This document shows, piece after piece, positions 32,765 through 41,954 of a stretch of DNA of 64,000 nucleotides; the stretch's first letter is position 1, and the number at the start of each line of letters is the position of its first letter. This DNA comes from an uncultured Eubacteriales bacterium (GTDB taxonomy: Bacteria > Bacillota > Clostridia > Oscillospirales > Acutalibacteraceae), in NCBI GenBank assembly GCA_964516565.1, contig CAZEXA010000002.1:1556-65555 (forward strand), given 5' to 3'. Below the pieces are notes generated by a model. The model saw nothing but the letters and a program-made list of their open reading frames with translations. It made no database searches and was not told the origin of the DNA. Position numbers and translations under genes: made by a program.

Positions 32765-33963
32765 AATTTCAATGTCGTCAGGTCGGCGCCGCGGCTCTTA
32801 TACCAGTCGATGCCGTACTGTCTGAGAGCCGCCCAGTCGGTGACGCGCGTGTTTTCTTTTGAGAACAGCGTAATGGCGCGGTCGGTACACGAATAACACG
32901 GGTCTATAGCGGCAATCGTAATCGGGACGTCGGCAAGGTAACCGCCCTCAAGCATATGCTTCATACCGTGCCAATTGGCCTCGGTGGGAGCGCGCACGCG
33001 CACTCTCTCCGGAATCTCCGTACCGTTTGAGCGAATGAAGTGGACGTCCTCTCCGCGAGGCGCCTCGACGCGCACGATGACCTCACCGGCCGGGATACGA
33101 CGCGGCATTTTGACAGTCAAGGGAGTGTCGGGTATATTGTCAAGGCAAACCCTGATGGTGTTCAGACTCTCCACCATTTCAAAAATACGGACAGCCGTTC
33201 TGCCGTAGACATCGGCGTTATTATCGGTGACGGCCTTGACTTTTATCTCCTTATACGCACCGTATGGCTCGACCACGCGCACGTCGTTGACGACGCCTGC
33301 CGCTCTGGCAACCGGTCCGACCGCGCCAAAGCTTCTGACTTCCTCGGCGGTAAGCTTGCCGACGCCCTTCAGGCGGGAAATCAGCGTTGACTCGGTCAGG
33401 GCGAGGTCTAAATAGTGCTTGAGCTCCTCTTCAAGCTCAGCGACGGTTTTAAGAATATCCGCCTTGTCGTCGGGGGTAATGTCACGCCGCACGCCGCCGA
33501 GGGTATTGATTCCGTAGTTGACGCGGTTGCCGCCGAGCGTCGCCAGTAAATCAAGCACCTTCTCGCGGTCGCGCCACGCATACATAAACACCGTGTCGAA
33601 ACCGATTTCATGACACGCGATGCCCAGCCACAGAAGATGGCTGTGCAAACGCTCAAGCTCGGCGACGACGACGCGGATATACTCGGCGCGTGCCGGTATA
33701 GAAACACCGGCAAGCTCCTCCACGCCCATACAGAACAGACTGCCGTGTGCGTGTGAGCAGATACCGCAAACGCGTTCGATAATATAAAGCGCCTGTGTAT
33801 AGCTTCTGTTTTCGCAGGTTTTTTCAAGGCCGCGGTGGTTATAGCCGACACCAATGACGGCGTTGATGACCTTTTCGCCCTCAAGCGTGATATCAAAGCT
33901 GCCCGGCTCCTCGAGCGACGGATGCTGCGGACCTATTGGTATGGTTATCCTGTTGTCACTCAT
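32761..33963 (-). CDS. [NiFe] group-4 hydrogenase large subunit (NuoD-like)
   Basis: 400 aa. The N-terminal Ni-binding motif is RVCGICSHAH and the C-terminal motif is DPCYSCTDR. The latter is followed by a 38-aa extension. Confidence 0.9.
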   Translation of the reverse strand: MSDNRITIPIGPQHPSLEEPGSFDITLEGEKVINAVIGVGYNHRGLEKTCENRSYTQALYIIERVCGICSHAHGSLFCMGVEELAGVSIPARAEYIRVVVAELERLHSHLLWLGIACHEIGFDTVFMYAWRDREKVLDLLATLGGNRVNYGINTLGGVRRDITPDDKADILKTVAELEEELKHYLDLALTESTLISRLKGVGKLTAEEVRSFGAVGPVARAAGVVNDVRVVEPYGAYKEIKVKAVTDNNADVYGRTAVRIFEMVESLNTIRVCLDNIPDTPLTVKMPRRIPAGEVIVRVEAPRGEDVHFIRSNGTEIPERVRVRAPTEANWHGMKHMLEGGYLADVPITIAAIDPCYSCTDRAITLFSKENTRVTDWAALRQYGIDWYKSRGADLTTLKF

Positions 33964-34468
33964 TTTGTTCCGCCTCCTCGCTTACGGGCTTATCATACGT
34001 CAGCGTATTCTTGTTGAACAGCGCCGGATTCCAGTCCTTGCGTAGCGGAAAGTTCCCGTCCGGCCAACCGTCGGGCAGCGGATAGCGCGGACCCTCCGGC
34101 ATATCCGAAAGCTCGATGCCGAACAGATCAATGAGCTCACGCTCATGCAGGACGATGGAAGGATACAACGCGGCGATGCTTTTTGCCTGGGGTTTATCAC
34201 GCGGTACACTCTCGCGTAAAGAGAGCAGATTGCTGTCCTCGTCAGCAAAAATATATAACAGACCGAAGGTGTCGCCGTCGTCGGTACCGACGACATGACT
34301 GGCGCGGGTATAGCCCAGTTCGCTGTTTACAAAGGGGATGACCTTCTCAAACTCTTCTCTCGTAAGAGACGCGCTGACGATGCGTTTCTCTTTGGGACTT
34401 GTCAGTTTTTCGGCTAAAAACGGATATTTCTTTTCCAGCCGTTTAATGACGTCTTCCTCACGACTCAT
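33956..34468 (-). CDS. NuoC-like (30 kDa) hydrogenase subunit
   Basis: Start trimmed to MSREEDVIKRLEK (ATG 34468) with SD AAGGAGG 8 nt upstream. It is 170 aa and includes LHERELIDLFGI. Confidence 0.75.
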   Translation of the reverse strand: MSREEDVIKRLEKKYPFLAEKLTSPKEKRIVSASLTREEFEKVIPFVNSELGYTRASHVVGTDDGDTFGLLYIFADEDSNLLSLRESVPRDKPQAKSIAALYPSIVLHERELIDLFGIELSDMPEGPRYPLPDGWPDGNFPLRKDWNPALFNKNTLTYDKPVSEEAEQNE

Positions 34469-34943
34469 CGCTCCCGCCTCCTTTGTCATTCTTTTTACTC
34501 TTGTCTTCCTCAAGACTCGAAAGCAGTTTGTCAACCGCGTTGAGGATGGTTTCGGGACGCACCGCGCAGCCCGGTACATAGACATCTACGGGAATGACGG
34601 TGTCGATGCCTCCGGTCACACAGTAGCAATCCTTAAAGATGCCGCCTGTACACGCGCAAGTGCCTACGGCGATGACAAATTTCGGGTCTGACATCTGCTG
34701 ATAAATCTGAATAAGGCGCTCACGCGTCTGGAGCGTCACGGCACCCGTACAGACGAGGACGTCGGCATGACGCGGACTGCCCTGCTTGAGAATCCCGACG
34801 CGCTCAAGGTCGTACCGCGGGGTCAACGCGTCGATAACCTCAATGTCGCAGCCGTTGCAGGCTCCGGCGTTGAAATGGATGACCCACGGGGACTTTAAAG
34901 TCCCCTTAAGAATCGCTTTTTTTACAGCTCCCACTAAAATCAC
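34458..34943 (-). CDS. [NiFe] hydrogenase small subunit (NuoB-like)
   Basis: 161 aa. Cluster ligands are CNGCDIE, GTCACTGG and PGCAVRPE, giving a hydrogenase-type CxxC rather than the complex I CC. Confidence 0.85.
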   Translation of the reverse strand: MILVGAVKKAILKGTLKSPWVIHFNAGACNGCDIEVIDALTPRYDLERVGILKQGSPRHADVLVCTGAVTLQTRERLIQIYQQMSDPKFVIAVGTCACTGGIFKDCYCVTGGIDTVIPVDVYVPGCAVRPETILNAVDKLLSSLEEDKSKKNDKGGGSDES

Positions 34944-35260
34944 CTCTTGAGCGCGATCAGAATCGCGAGTATTCCGGAAACGACGTAAATGGCCGGCATT
35001 ACTTGAATATTTTTCGGAGACGTCGCCACGACCAATATCAGAATATGAATGACCGAAAAGATAAACGCAAACGAAAAATACTGACTGTAATCGGGGTTGA
35101 CGTAGTTTTCAACGCTGCGCTGACCGCAGGCGTAGGATTCAAGGGTATGTTCGCCGGCATGTCCTTTTGCACCGAGCTTTTCTAGGGTTTTGGAGAATAA
35201 GATCAGCGAGAAAAGCATCAAACCGAAAAGAATGGGCGGAGAATACAGTACACTATCCAT
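34940..35260 (-). CDS. Small membrane subunit, NuoA/ND3-like
   Basis: 106 aa. A first TM helix is followed by a loop carrying ESYACGQ (compare the YECG of NuoA) and then two more hydrophobic helices (YFSFAFIFSVIHILILVVA). Confidence 0.5.
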   Translation of the reverse strand: MDSVLYSPPILFGLMLFSLILFSKTLEKLGAKGHAGEHTLESYACGQRSVENYVNPDYSQYFSFAFIFSVIHILILVVATSPKNIQVMPAIYVVSGILAILIALKR

Positions 35261-35264
35261 ATCG

Positions 35265-35579
35265 TTATCCTTTCAGCTGGGTCAGGTTGCGGATGTCCAT
35301 ATTCCCGTATTTTTTATACAGCCCGACCGTCACTCCCGCGAAGATGACCGCCGCGACGACCTCAATAACGATGACCGTCACCACATACGCCTGCGCCAGC
35401 CCTAGGTGGCCGTTCATATAACCGGCGAGGATGATGAACATCGTGGCGGCCTTGATGGCGATCTCGATGCCGATGATAATTTTCAGCAGATGGTAGGTGC
35501 GAATCATACACCAACAACCCGCGGCTATCATCAGCACGCCCACAAAAAGCATAACCGTTTCCATATTAAAAAATTCCAT
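35265..35579 (-). CDS. NuoK/ND4L- (MnhC-) like membrane subunit
   Basis: 104 aa with three TM helices. GIEIAIKAA and VIVIEVV supply the two conserved membrane glutamates. Confidence 0.7.
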   Translation of the reverse strand: MEFFNMETVMLFVGVLMIAAGCWCMIRTYHLLKIIIGIEIAIKAATMFIILAGYMNGHLGLAQAYVVTVIVIEVVAAVIFAGVTVGLYKKYGNMDIRNLTQLKG

Positions 35580-35591
35580 ATGCTTTCCTCC

Positions 35592-36107
35592 TTACCCCTG
35601 ATGATGACTGTCAATCGGCTTTGTCTCCTCGTCCCGAAAGAGGACGAAGATAGAGATGCCGCCGATGAGAATGGTGATGACCTGTCCGAAAATATCGGCT
35701 TGCCTTGTATTCCAAAAGATTTCACGGAAGTCCTCGGCGACTTTAACGGCCTCGCTTTTAATGGTAAAGTCGTTGACCAGCGCCAGCACGACAAGACCCA
35801 GCCCCAGAACAATCAACGCCAGAGGCAGCAGCCGCATCCGCTTGTGATCATCATACATCTTATGAACCTCATTGCGCTTCATGTTCGACAGGCTGATGGC
35901 GCTGATGAAGATGATGGTGACGAGTCCCGAGCAGGCAGACACCTCAATGACCGCCGCCCAAACTGCCCCCAGCGCGTACATGATTACCCCGAGCACGGCG
36001 CTGGCAAACGCCAGCCAAATGGCAGACCTGAGCAGGCTGCGCGACATGACCGCCGCCACGCAGGACGCCATTAAAAACGCCAGACTGATATACACTATGA
36101 TTTCCAT
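35592..36107 (-). CDS. NuoJ/ND6- (MnhB/MbhD-) like membrane subunit
   Basis: 171 aa. By eye, MEIIVYISLAFLMAS...LRSAIWLAF...LGAVWAAVIEV parallels E. coli NuoJ MEFAFYICGL...VHALLYLII...LGAYFAGALEI. Confidence 0.5.
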   Translation of the reverse strand: MEIIVYISLAFLMASCVAAVMSRSLLRSAIWLAFASAVLGVIMYALGAVWAAVIEVSACSGLVTIIFISAISLSNMKRNEVHKMYDDHKRMRLLPLALIVLGLGLVVLALVNDFTIKSEAVKVAEDFREIFWNTRQADIFGQVITILIGGISIFVLFRDEETKPIDSHHQG

Positions 36108-36128
36108 ACGCTCACCTCATTACTCACT

Positions 36129-37592
36129 TTACAGATAACCCTTGTGCTGAAGGTACACAAGCGCGAGCGGGAAAAGTATCCCGGCGGCGCTCGTGACAAT
36201 CGTTAAAAGAACCTCCACGGTGCAGACGCTGCCCTTGATTTCCTTAACGGTCTGTAACCCTTCTGGCGTCTTTCCGAAAAAGACCTTCTTCTGAAGCCTC
36301 AACAGATACGCCCCCGTAAAAATGCTCGCGCACAGGGCGCAGCCCGCCAAAACGGGATACCCCGCAAGCCAGAGCGCCAAAATAATCATCAGCTTGCTCC
36401 AAAAGCCGATAAACGGCGGGATACCGGCTGTCGATAAGAAGGCGATGATTGAGGAAAACGCGGTGACCGGCATCCGGCTCTGTAGCCCTCCGAGCTCGTC
36501 GATTTGAAGCGTACCGGTCTGCTCGTGGACGGCGGCGGCGTTCGTAAACAGCGTCGATTTGAAAACGGCGTGGCTGAACACATGGACGACTGCACCGATA
36601 AGCCCGAGCGTCGTACCCGTAGAGAGTCCGAGCAGGATATAGCCCATCTGGCTGACGCTCGAATAGGCGACGATTCTTTTAAAATGGTCCTGCCGAAGAG
36701 CGAGCAGCGCCCCGACGACAATCGAGAGCAGTCCGATGACCATCAGCGAAACCTGTACGACCAAGGCATTGGGAAACAGCCGTGTCAAGACAACCAGTCC
36801 GTAAATACCCGCAGTCTTGATGACAATTCCGGACAGCAGCACCGAGATGGCCGTATCGGCGCTCTGGTGGGCGTCGGGCAGCCAGCTGTGAAACGGCACA
36901 ACACCGGCTTTGACGGAGAATCCGGCAATCATCAGCACCAGCGCCGCGTAGACCATTATCTTCTGCGGGTCAACCGCCCCTTTAAGCAGGGCACCGCCGA
37001 TCTGGTCATAGGAAAGACTGCCGGTCTTAAAAAATATGAAAGCAAGACCCGTCAAAATAAACACGGTAGCCAGCTCCGAAATAATCAAATATTTGATAGA
37101 GCCTTCGAGCGCCTTACGGGAACGGAACATCGCAATCATGACAAAACTTGAAATGCCGATGACGTCAAGAAAGACATACAGCGAAAACAAATCCTTGACG
37201 AGCACCATACCGTTCATGCCGATGATTAAGGTCATCAGCAGATTGACGTAGGTGCTTTTTTTCATATCAATCGTTTTCTTGGCAATCATAACCGACACAA
37301 ATGAAACCATGCCGATACAGAACAGGAACAAAAGCGAAACCGGCGTCAGGCGGAACAGTGCTTTCCCGGTGCTCCCCAGCGTGAGAAACAGACTAAAATC
37401 GTAACGGGTTATGTTTTGTGCGTCGAAAACAAAGAACGCGAGAACCGCCGCCAGCATCTGCAAAACGGCCACTACGCCGCTGAGCAGCCAAAAATACCGC
37501 TCCATTAGCTTTTTGGGGAAGATATTATTGACAAACAGGGCGGCAAAGGGCACGAGAACGAAAATCCCGGAGCAAAAATCTAAATAGTTCAT
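36129..37592 (-). CDS. Antiporter-like subunit (NuoM/N / MrpD / HyfD family)
   Basis: 487 aa, ~14 TM helices. Proton_antipo_M core motif FHSWLPDAHQSADTAISVLLSGIVIKTAGIYG. Confidence 0.8.
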   Translation of the reverse strand: MNYLDFCSGIFVLVPFAALFVNNIFPKKLMERYFWLLSGVVAVLQMLAAVLAFFVFDAQNITRYDFSLFLTLGSTGKALFRLTPVSLLFLFCIGMVSFVSVMIAKKTIDMKKSTYVNLLMTLIIGMNGMVLVKDLFSLYVFLDVIGISSFVMIAMFRSRKALEGSIKYLIISELATVFILTGLAFIFFKTGSLSYDQIGGALLKGAVDPQKIMVYAALVLMIAGFSVKAGVVPFHSWLPDAHQSADTAISVLLSGIVIKTAGIYGLVVLTRLFPNALVVQVSLMVIGLLSIVVGALLALRQDHFKRIVAYSSVSQMGYILLGLSTGTTLGLIGAVVHVFSHAVFKSTLFTNAAAVHEQTGTLQIDELGGLQSRMPVTAFSSIIAFLSTAGIPPFIGFWSKLMIILALWLAGYPVLAGCALCASIFTGAYLLRLQKKVFFGKTPEGLQTVKEIKGSVCTVEVLLTIVTSAAGILFPLALVYLQHKGYL

Positions 37593-37615
37593 ATCGTTAC
37601 CTCAAATCAGCATTC

Positions 37616-39490
37616 TTACATCTTGGCAAGGACGATTAAAAAGACCGCGAAGATCAGCGCCACACCTCCGACCACCAGCCAAAGATACCTTGACAAGCGG
37701 CCGTTGTCAAAGCGGTGCAGCACCGTCCCGACGCCGCCGACGGCTCCGGGTATTGCGATGTCATAGACCCACGACACCCCGTGCTCCAGTGCGGTACAGC
37801 CCTTAGAAAAGATGTCGGTGATATTCAGAAGCCAGTTATAGGGGTCAAGAAGCCCCTTCTTTGCGGTGCTCATGAGCTGTTTTAGTCCGGGCAGCCCCGT
37901 GATGTGATCAACCGCGCAAAGTGCGCTGCCGGATTTCTTATAACCGAACGCATGGTCGGCGTAGGCGGCAAGCAGAACGACAACCGAAATGATGACGAGC
38001 ATTGCCGATTTCGGAAGTCCTGAAAAGGACTCGCTCACGCCGAGCGCCGGTCCGACCATTTTATCAAGCGGTAAAAAGTTCCCCAGTCCAAAGAGTACAC
38101 AGACGACAGCAAAAACGCCGGCGGGTGCGAGCAACCCCATTTTTTCACGCTCGGAGAGTTTTTCGCCCTGCGGCTCTCTATGCTCGCCGTAAAACAGTGA
38201 GCGTCCCGTTCTGAAAAACGACAGCGCCGTCAAAAACGAGCCGAGCGCCGCGATAACATAAAATACCGGTGCGCTTTCAAGAGCGGCATCAAAAATCAGC
38301 TCCTTGGAGAAAAAGCCGTTCAAGCCGGGAAAACCAATGTAGGACAGTGCGAAAATGAGGAAACAAAGAGCCGCGCCGGGCATCGTCTTTTTTAATCCCG
38401 AAAGTTTCCTGAGATCGGTTGTGCCTGTCTGTTTTTCAATGGAACCGGTCACCATAAACAACCCCGTCTTATAGGTAACATGGTTCATCATATGGAACAC
38501 AGCGCCCACAAGCCCGACGGTCAACCCCGTGCCGACGCCAAGCACCATATAACCGAGTTGGCTGATGGTGTGATAGACAAGGATGCGTTTCATATCCGTC
38601 TGGACGAGCGCCATCATGGCCCCGACGAGAATGGTCAGCGCCCCGAGCGACATCAGCGCGATACTCATTGCGCTCCCCGGCTCGAGACGGTAAATTTCAA
38701 ATACGGCGCGCGCGGCTAAAAACATACCGATAATTTTTTCAAAGGCACTCGGAAAAGCAACCATAAATACAGTCGGCGCGTCGTCAGCAGCATTCGGGAG
38801 CCAGCTGTGAAACGGCAGGACGCCGCTCTTGCCGAACGCGCCGAGGATCAACAGAATAAAGCCCGCAGCACCGATTCCCGTAATTGACTGTGTGCTCATC
38901 TCGCTGACGTTAAACGTCCCCGCCTGATGACCTGTGACAATGATGCCGAGCATAAGCAGCAAATCAGCAATACCGGACACCGTCAAGGCTTTGATTGCCG
39001 TCTTTGGTTTATTGGTATGCCCAATCAGCAGAATGCCCAGCAGGGTACAAAGCAACCCCTCCCAGAAAAAGAGCATAAAGCCGAGGTTGTCCGAGAGCAG
39101 CGCGCCGTTGAGCAGCCCGACGCTGATGAATAAATACAACAGATACAGCCCGCCGTACGACGCTTTTTTGAGCCAGACGAGGGTATAGATGACGATAAGC
39201 ACCGTCACGCACGCAGCGAACAGGACAAAAAACGAGGAATAGTCACTGACGTTAAACGAAAGCGAAAAGCCCGCCGGCGCAAAGGGCAGCTTAACATAAA
39301 ACTCCGCGTGGGTAAAAAGACCCCCGGCAAACAGCAGATTGAGCACCGCATACAGAAGCGCGATGACCGCACACACAGTCCTGTTTTTTCTTTCAAGCCA
39401 GAGTAAGCCGCCTATGAATACGGGCAACACGACCATACAGGTCAGCAGGTTCGCGCCGCCGCTGAGAAAATTACCGAAACCGTTAAGCAT
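37616..39490 (-). CDS. Antiporter-like subunit, NuoL/MrpA-like, with a C-terminal lateral-helix-like segment and terminal TM anchor
   Basis: 624 aa. The core motif is FHSWLPNAADDAPT. The C-terminus has a ~90-aa largely amphipathic stretch followed by a final TM helix (YLWLVVGGVALIFAVFLIVLA). Confidence 0.7.
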   Translation of the reverse strand: MLNGFGNFLSGGANLLTCMVVLPVFIGGLLWLERKNRTVCAVIALLYAVLNLLFAGGLFTHAEFYVKLPFAPAGFSLSFNVSDYSSFFVLFAACVTVLIVIYTLVWLKKASYGGLYLLYLFISVGLLNGALLSDNLGFMLFFWEGLLCTLLGILLIGHTNKPKTAIKALTVSGIADLLLMLGIIVTGHQAGTFNVSEMSTQSITGIGAAGFILLILGAFGKSGVLPFHSWLPNAADDAPTVFMVAFPSAFEKIIGMFLAARAVFEIYRLEPGSAMSIALMSLGALTILVGAMMALVQTDMKRILVYHTISQLGYMVLGVGTGLTVGLVGAVFHMMNHVTYKTGLFMVTGSIEKQTGTTDLRKLSGLKKTMPGAALCFLIFALSYIGFPGLNGFFSKELIFDAALESAPVFYVIAALGSFLTALSFFRTGRSLFYGEHREPQGEKLSEREKMGLLAPAGVFAVVCVLFGLGNFLPLDKMVGPALGVSESFSGLPKSAMLVIISVVVLLAAYADHAFGYKKSGSALCAVDHITGLPGLKQLMSTAKKGLLDPYNWLLNITDIFSKGCTALEHGVSWVYDIAIPGAVGGVGTVLHRFDNGRLSRYLWLVVGGVALIFAVFLIVLAKM

Positions 39491-39496
39491 ATTTCC

Positions 39497-40909
39497 TCAA
39501 CCTCCTATCATCGACGCGAGCTGCGACGGAATAAAACTTAAAAAGCCGAACAGTAAAGAGGCGACTCCGAGAATGACGACTGAGGCGACCATGATTTTTG
39601 TGCCCTCCCTGTGACCGTGTGCGGCGGCTTCGCCCTGCTCCCCGAGGAAAATTTTTACAAAGAGCCGCGTCAGATACAAAAGCGTCATAACGGCACTGAG
39701 GATAAACGCGGCGGCAATCCAGATGTTTCCCGCCTCGACAATGCCCTCAATGACCAGGAATTTTGTAAAGAATCCGAAGAACGGCGGAATCCCCATGATT
39801 GAGAGGGCACAGAGAATAAACGCAACGGCGGTAAGCGGCATAGTCTTTATCAGCCCGCCCATCTTGGATAAATCCTTGGTGTGCAAAGCGTGCTCGACGA
39901 TACCGGCACATAAAAACAGTCCGCCTTTGGCGAGGCTGTGCGCTAAAATATACATCATCCCGCCGACGACGCCGATTTTGGCCCCGCACGACAAACCGAG
40001 CAGGATAAAAGCGAGCTGGCTGATGGTCGAATAAGCGAGCACGCGCTTCATATCGTTCTGGCGCAGCGCGACTCCCGCAGTGAAAAGCGCGCTGACGGCC
40101 GCTATGAGAGGCACAACGGTTTTGAACATGTCGGGGACGCTGAAAGTCAGCACGAACAGACGGGCGTAGGCGTAGACGCCGATCTTGACAAGCACGGCGG
40201 CGTGAAGCAGCGACGTGACAGGCGACGGCGCGATGCCCGCGTCGGGCAGCCAGCTGTGGAGCGGGAATGTCGCCGACTTCGAAAGGATGCCGCACAGAAT
40301 ACAGACAACACTCCATGACGGAACCGTGACACCCTTCATGGCGGACAGCTCAAACGTGCCGGTCTGCCCGTAAATGCCGATAAATCCTATCAGCATAAAG
40401 AGCGCGCCGAGGACGGTCACGATAAAGGTCTTGTTTGCCTTTGTGATTGTAATCTCCACACGGTAAAAGCCGATCAGCCGCCAGCAGCAGAGCGTTGACA
40501 GCTCCCAGAAAGTGTATATGGCGATGAGGTTCGTTGAATAGACAATACCCATCATTGCCCCGATAAACAGGCATACCATCATATAATACTCGTTCTGATT
40601 CGGATAATCCTTAATATATCCATAGGAGTACAGAACGATAACCATGCTGACAAGCGTCGCCGTCATCGCCATAAAAACCGCGAGCGGATCTCCGAGCACA
40701 CCGAAACTTAAGCCCAGAGGCAGCGCAAAGCGTGCCGTAACCGGATTGCCGCTCAAGGCGCCCGGCAGCGCCGCCGCCGCGCAGACAAACGCCGCCGCGA
40801 CGAGTACAAACGCCGTTCTGTCGCGCAGCTTGGCGCTCACCTTCCCGAGAAAGGGAAGCAGCAGCGACCCGACGAGCGGAATCAATATTCCCGCAATTAA
40901 CACATTCAT
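39497..40909 (-). CDS. Antiporter-like subunit (NuoN/M / MrpD family)
   Basis: 470 aa. Motifs LHSWLPDAGIAPSPVTSLLHAAVLVKIGVYA and AYSTISQLAFILLG. Confidence 0.8.
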   Translation of the reverse strand: MNVLIAGILIPLVGSLLLPFLGKVSAKLRDRTAFVLVAAAFVCAAAALPGALSGNPVTARFALPLGLSFGVLGDPLAVFMAMTATLVSMVIVLYSYGYIKDYPNQNEYYMMVCLFIGAMMGIVYSTNLIAIYTFWELSTLCCWRLIGFYRVEITITKANKTFIVTVLGALFMLIGFIGIYGQTGTFELSAMKGVTVPSWSVVCILCGILSKSATFPLHSWLPDAGIAPSPVTSLLHAAVLVKIGVYAYARLFVLTFSVPDMFKTVVPLIAAVSALFTAGVALRQNDMKRVLAYSTISQLAFILLGLSCGAKIGVVGGMMYILAHSLAKGGLFLCAGIVEHALHTKDLSKMGGLIKTMPLTAVAFILCALSIMGIPPFFGFFTKFLVIEGIVEAGNIWIAAAFILSAVMTLLYLTRLFVKIFLGEQGEAAAHGHREGTKIMVASVVILGVASLLFGFLSFIPSQLASMIGG

Positions 40910-40922
40910 TCCTCTATCACCT

Positions 40923-40939
40923 TATTATCGTTGATAATA
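40923..40939. promoter_or_regulatory. Perfect 7-3-7 palindrome between hypE and the hydrogenase structural genes
   Basis: TATTATC-gtt-GATAATA lies in the 40-nt hypE / antiporter-like gene gap. Its arms are GATAAT/ATTATC hexamers like those of Fur-type boxes, but in an atypical arrangement. Confidence 0.3.
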
Positions 40940-40949
40940 GTACGTGTAT

Positions 40950-41954
40950 TCAGCAGATTCTCGGCAACAGTTCGCCGCGCGGCATGTTGATCGCCCTGAG
41001 CGAACCGACCTCCGTCTCCTCGAGGACGGCTCCCCGCCCCTGTCTGACCTCTCCGGCAATAACAGCGTTTTTACCCTGAGGCGTATCATGCAGCCGTGAC
41101 AGCACCCTATCGGCGCAGCCGGACGGCACACAAAACACAATCACGCCCTCGTTGGCAATATACAGCGGGTCAAGACCGAGAAGCGCACAGGCGGCCGACA
41201 CATCCTTGCGCACAGGCACCGCCCCGTTGTACAAAACGATATCGCATCCGTGAACCATCCACTCACACAACACCGCCGCCAGTCCGCCGCGCGTCGGGTC
41301 GCGCATGGCGTGAACCGTACATTCCGTATCCGCCAAAACGTTCTGCACCATTCCGGCAAGCGGCATGGCGTCGCTTTCAATCGGCGGAGAGAAGCCGAGG
41401 CGGTTTCTCTCATTCATGATTGCCATGCCGTGCGAAGCAATACAACCGCTGACGATGATTTTGTCGCCTGCCGCTATCCTCTGTGACGGTATTTCCCAAT
41501 CAGGAGGAAACACGCCGACGCCGGCGGTGTTGACGGTTATCCCATCAGGCAGTCCCCGATTTTCGATGACCTTGGTGTCGCCCGTGACGATGCGCACCCC
41601 GGCGCTTTCTGCCGTATGCGCCATTGACTCGGCTATCCTGTGCAGCGTGCTAACCGAAAAACCCGCCTCAATGACCATTCCGACCGACAAATACCGCGGC
41701 GACGCGCCGCTGACGGCAAGATCATTGACCGTTCCGCTGACCGCTAAAGAACCGATATCCCCGCCGGGGAAAAACAGCGGTCTGACAACAAAGCTGTCTG
41801 TCGTCATCGCGATTTTTTCCGCCCCGGGCAGGATGGCGGCATCGCCAAGCGGGTCTATATATTCATTTTTAAACGCGGGCAGAAACACCTCGGCGACAAG
41901 CTCCCGATACTTTTCCCCGCCGGCTCCGTGAGCCAAAGAAATTACATCGTCCAT
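40950..41954 (-). CDS. hypE: Hydrogenase maturation protein HypE
   Basis: 334 aa. It has an AIR-synthase-like fold signature, an N-terminal LAHGAGG and the C-terminal PRIC motif. Confidence 0.9.
   Translation of the reverse strand: MDDVISLAHGAGGEKYRELVAEVFLPAFKNEYIDPLGDAAILPGAEKIAMTTDSFVVRPLFFPGGDIGSLAVSGTVNDLAVSGASPRYLSVGMVIEAGFSVSTLHRIAESMAHTAESAGVRIVTGDTKVIENRGLPDGITVNTAGVGVFPPDWEIPSQRIAAGDKIIVSGCIASHGMAIMNERNRLGFSPPIESDAMPLAGMVQNVLADTECTVHAMRDPTRGGLAAVLCEWMVHGCDIVLYNGAVPVRKDVSAACALLGLDPLYIANEGVIVFCVPSGCADRVLSRLHDTPQGKNAVIAGEVRQGRGAVLEETEVGSLRAINMPRGELLPRIC

Noticed and set aside
32761-33963. Possibility of a [NiFeSe] selenocysteine in the large subunit.
   Set aside because: The frame has no in-frame TGA, and the C-terminal motif reads DPCYSC with ordinary Cys codons.
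35406-37151. + strand ORFs of 222 and 215 aa across the hydrogenase membrane-subunit genes.
   Set aside because: They are antisense to genes with clear membrane-protein periodicity. The predicted products are highly charged, D/R/H/Q-rich and low-complexity.
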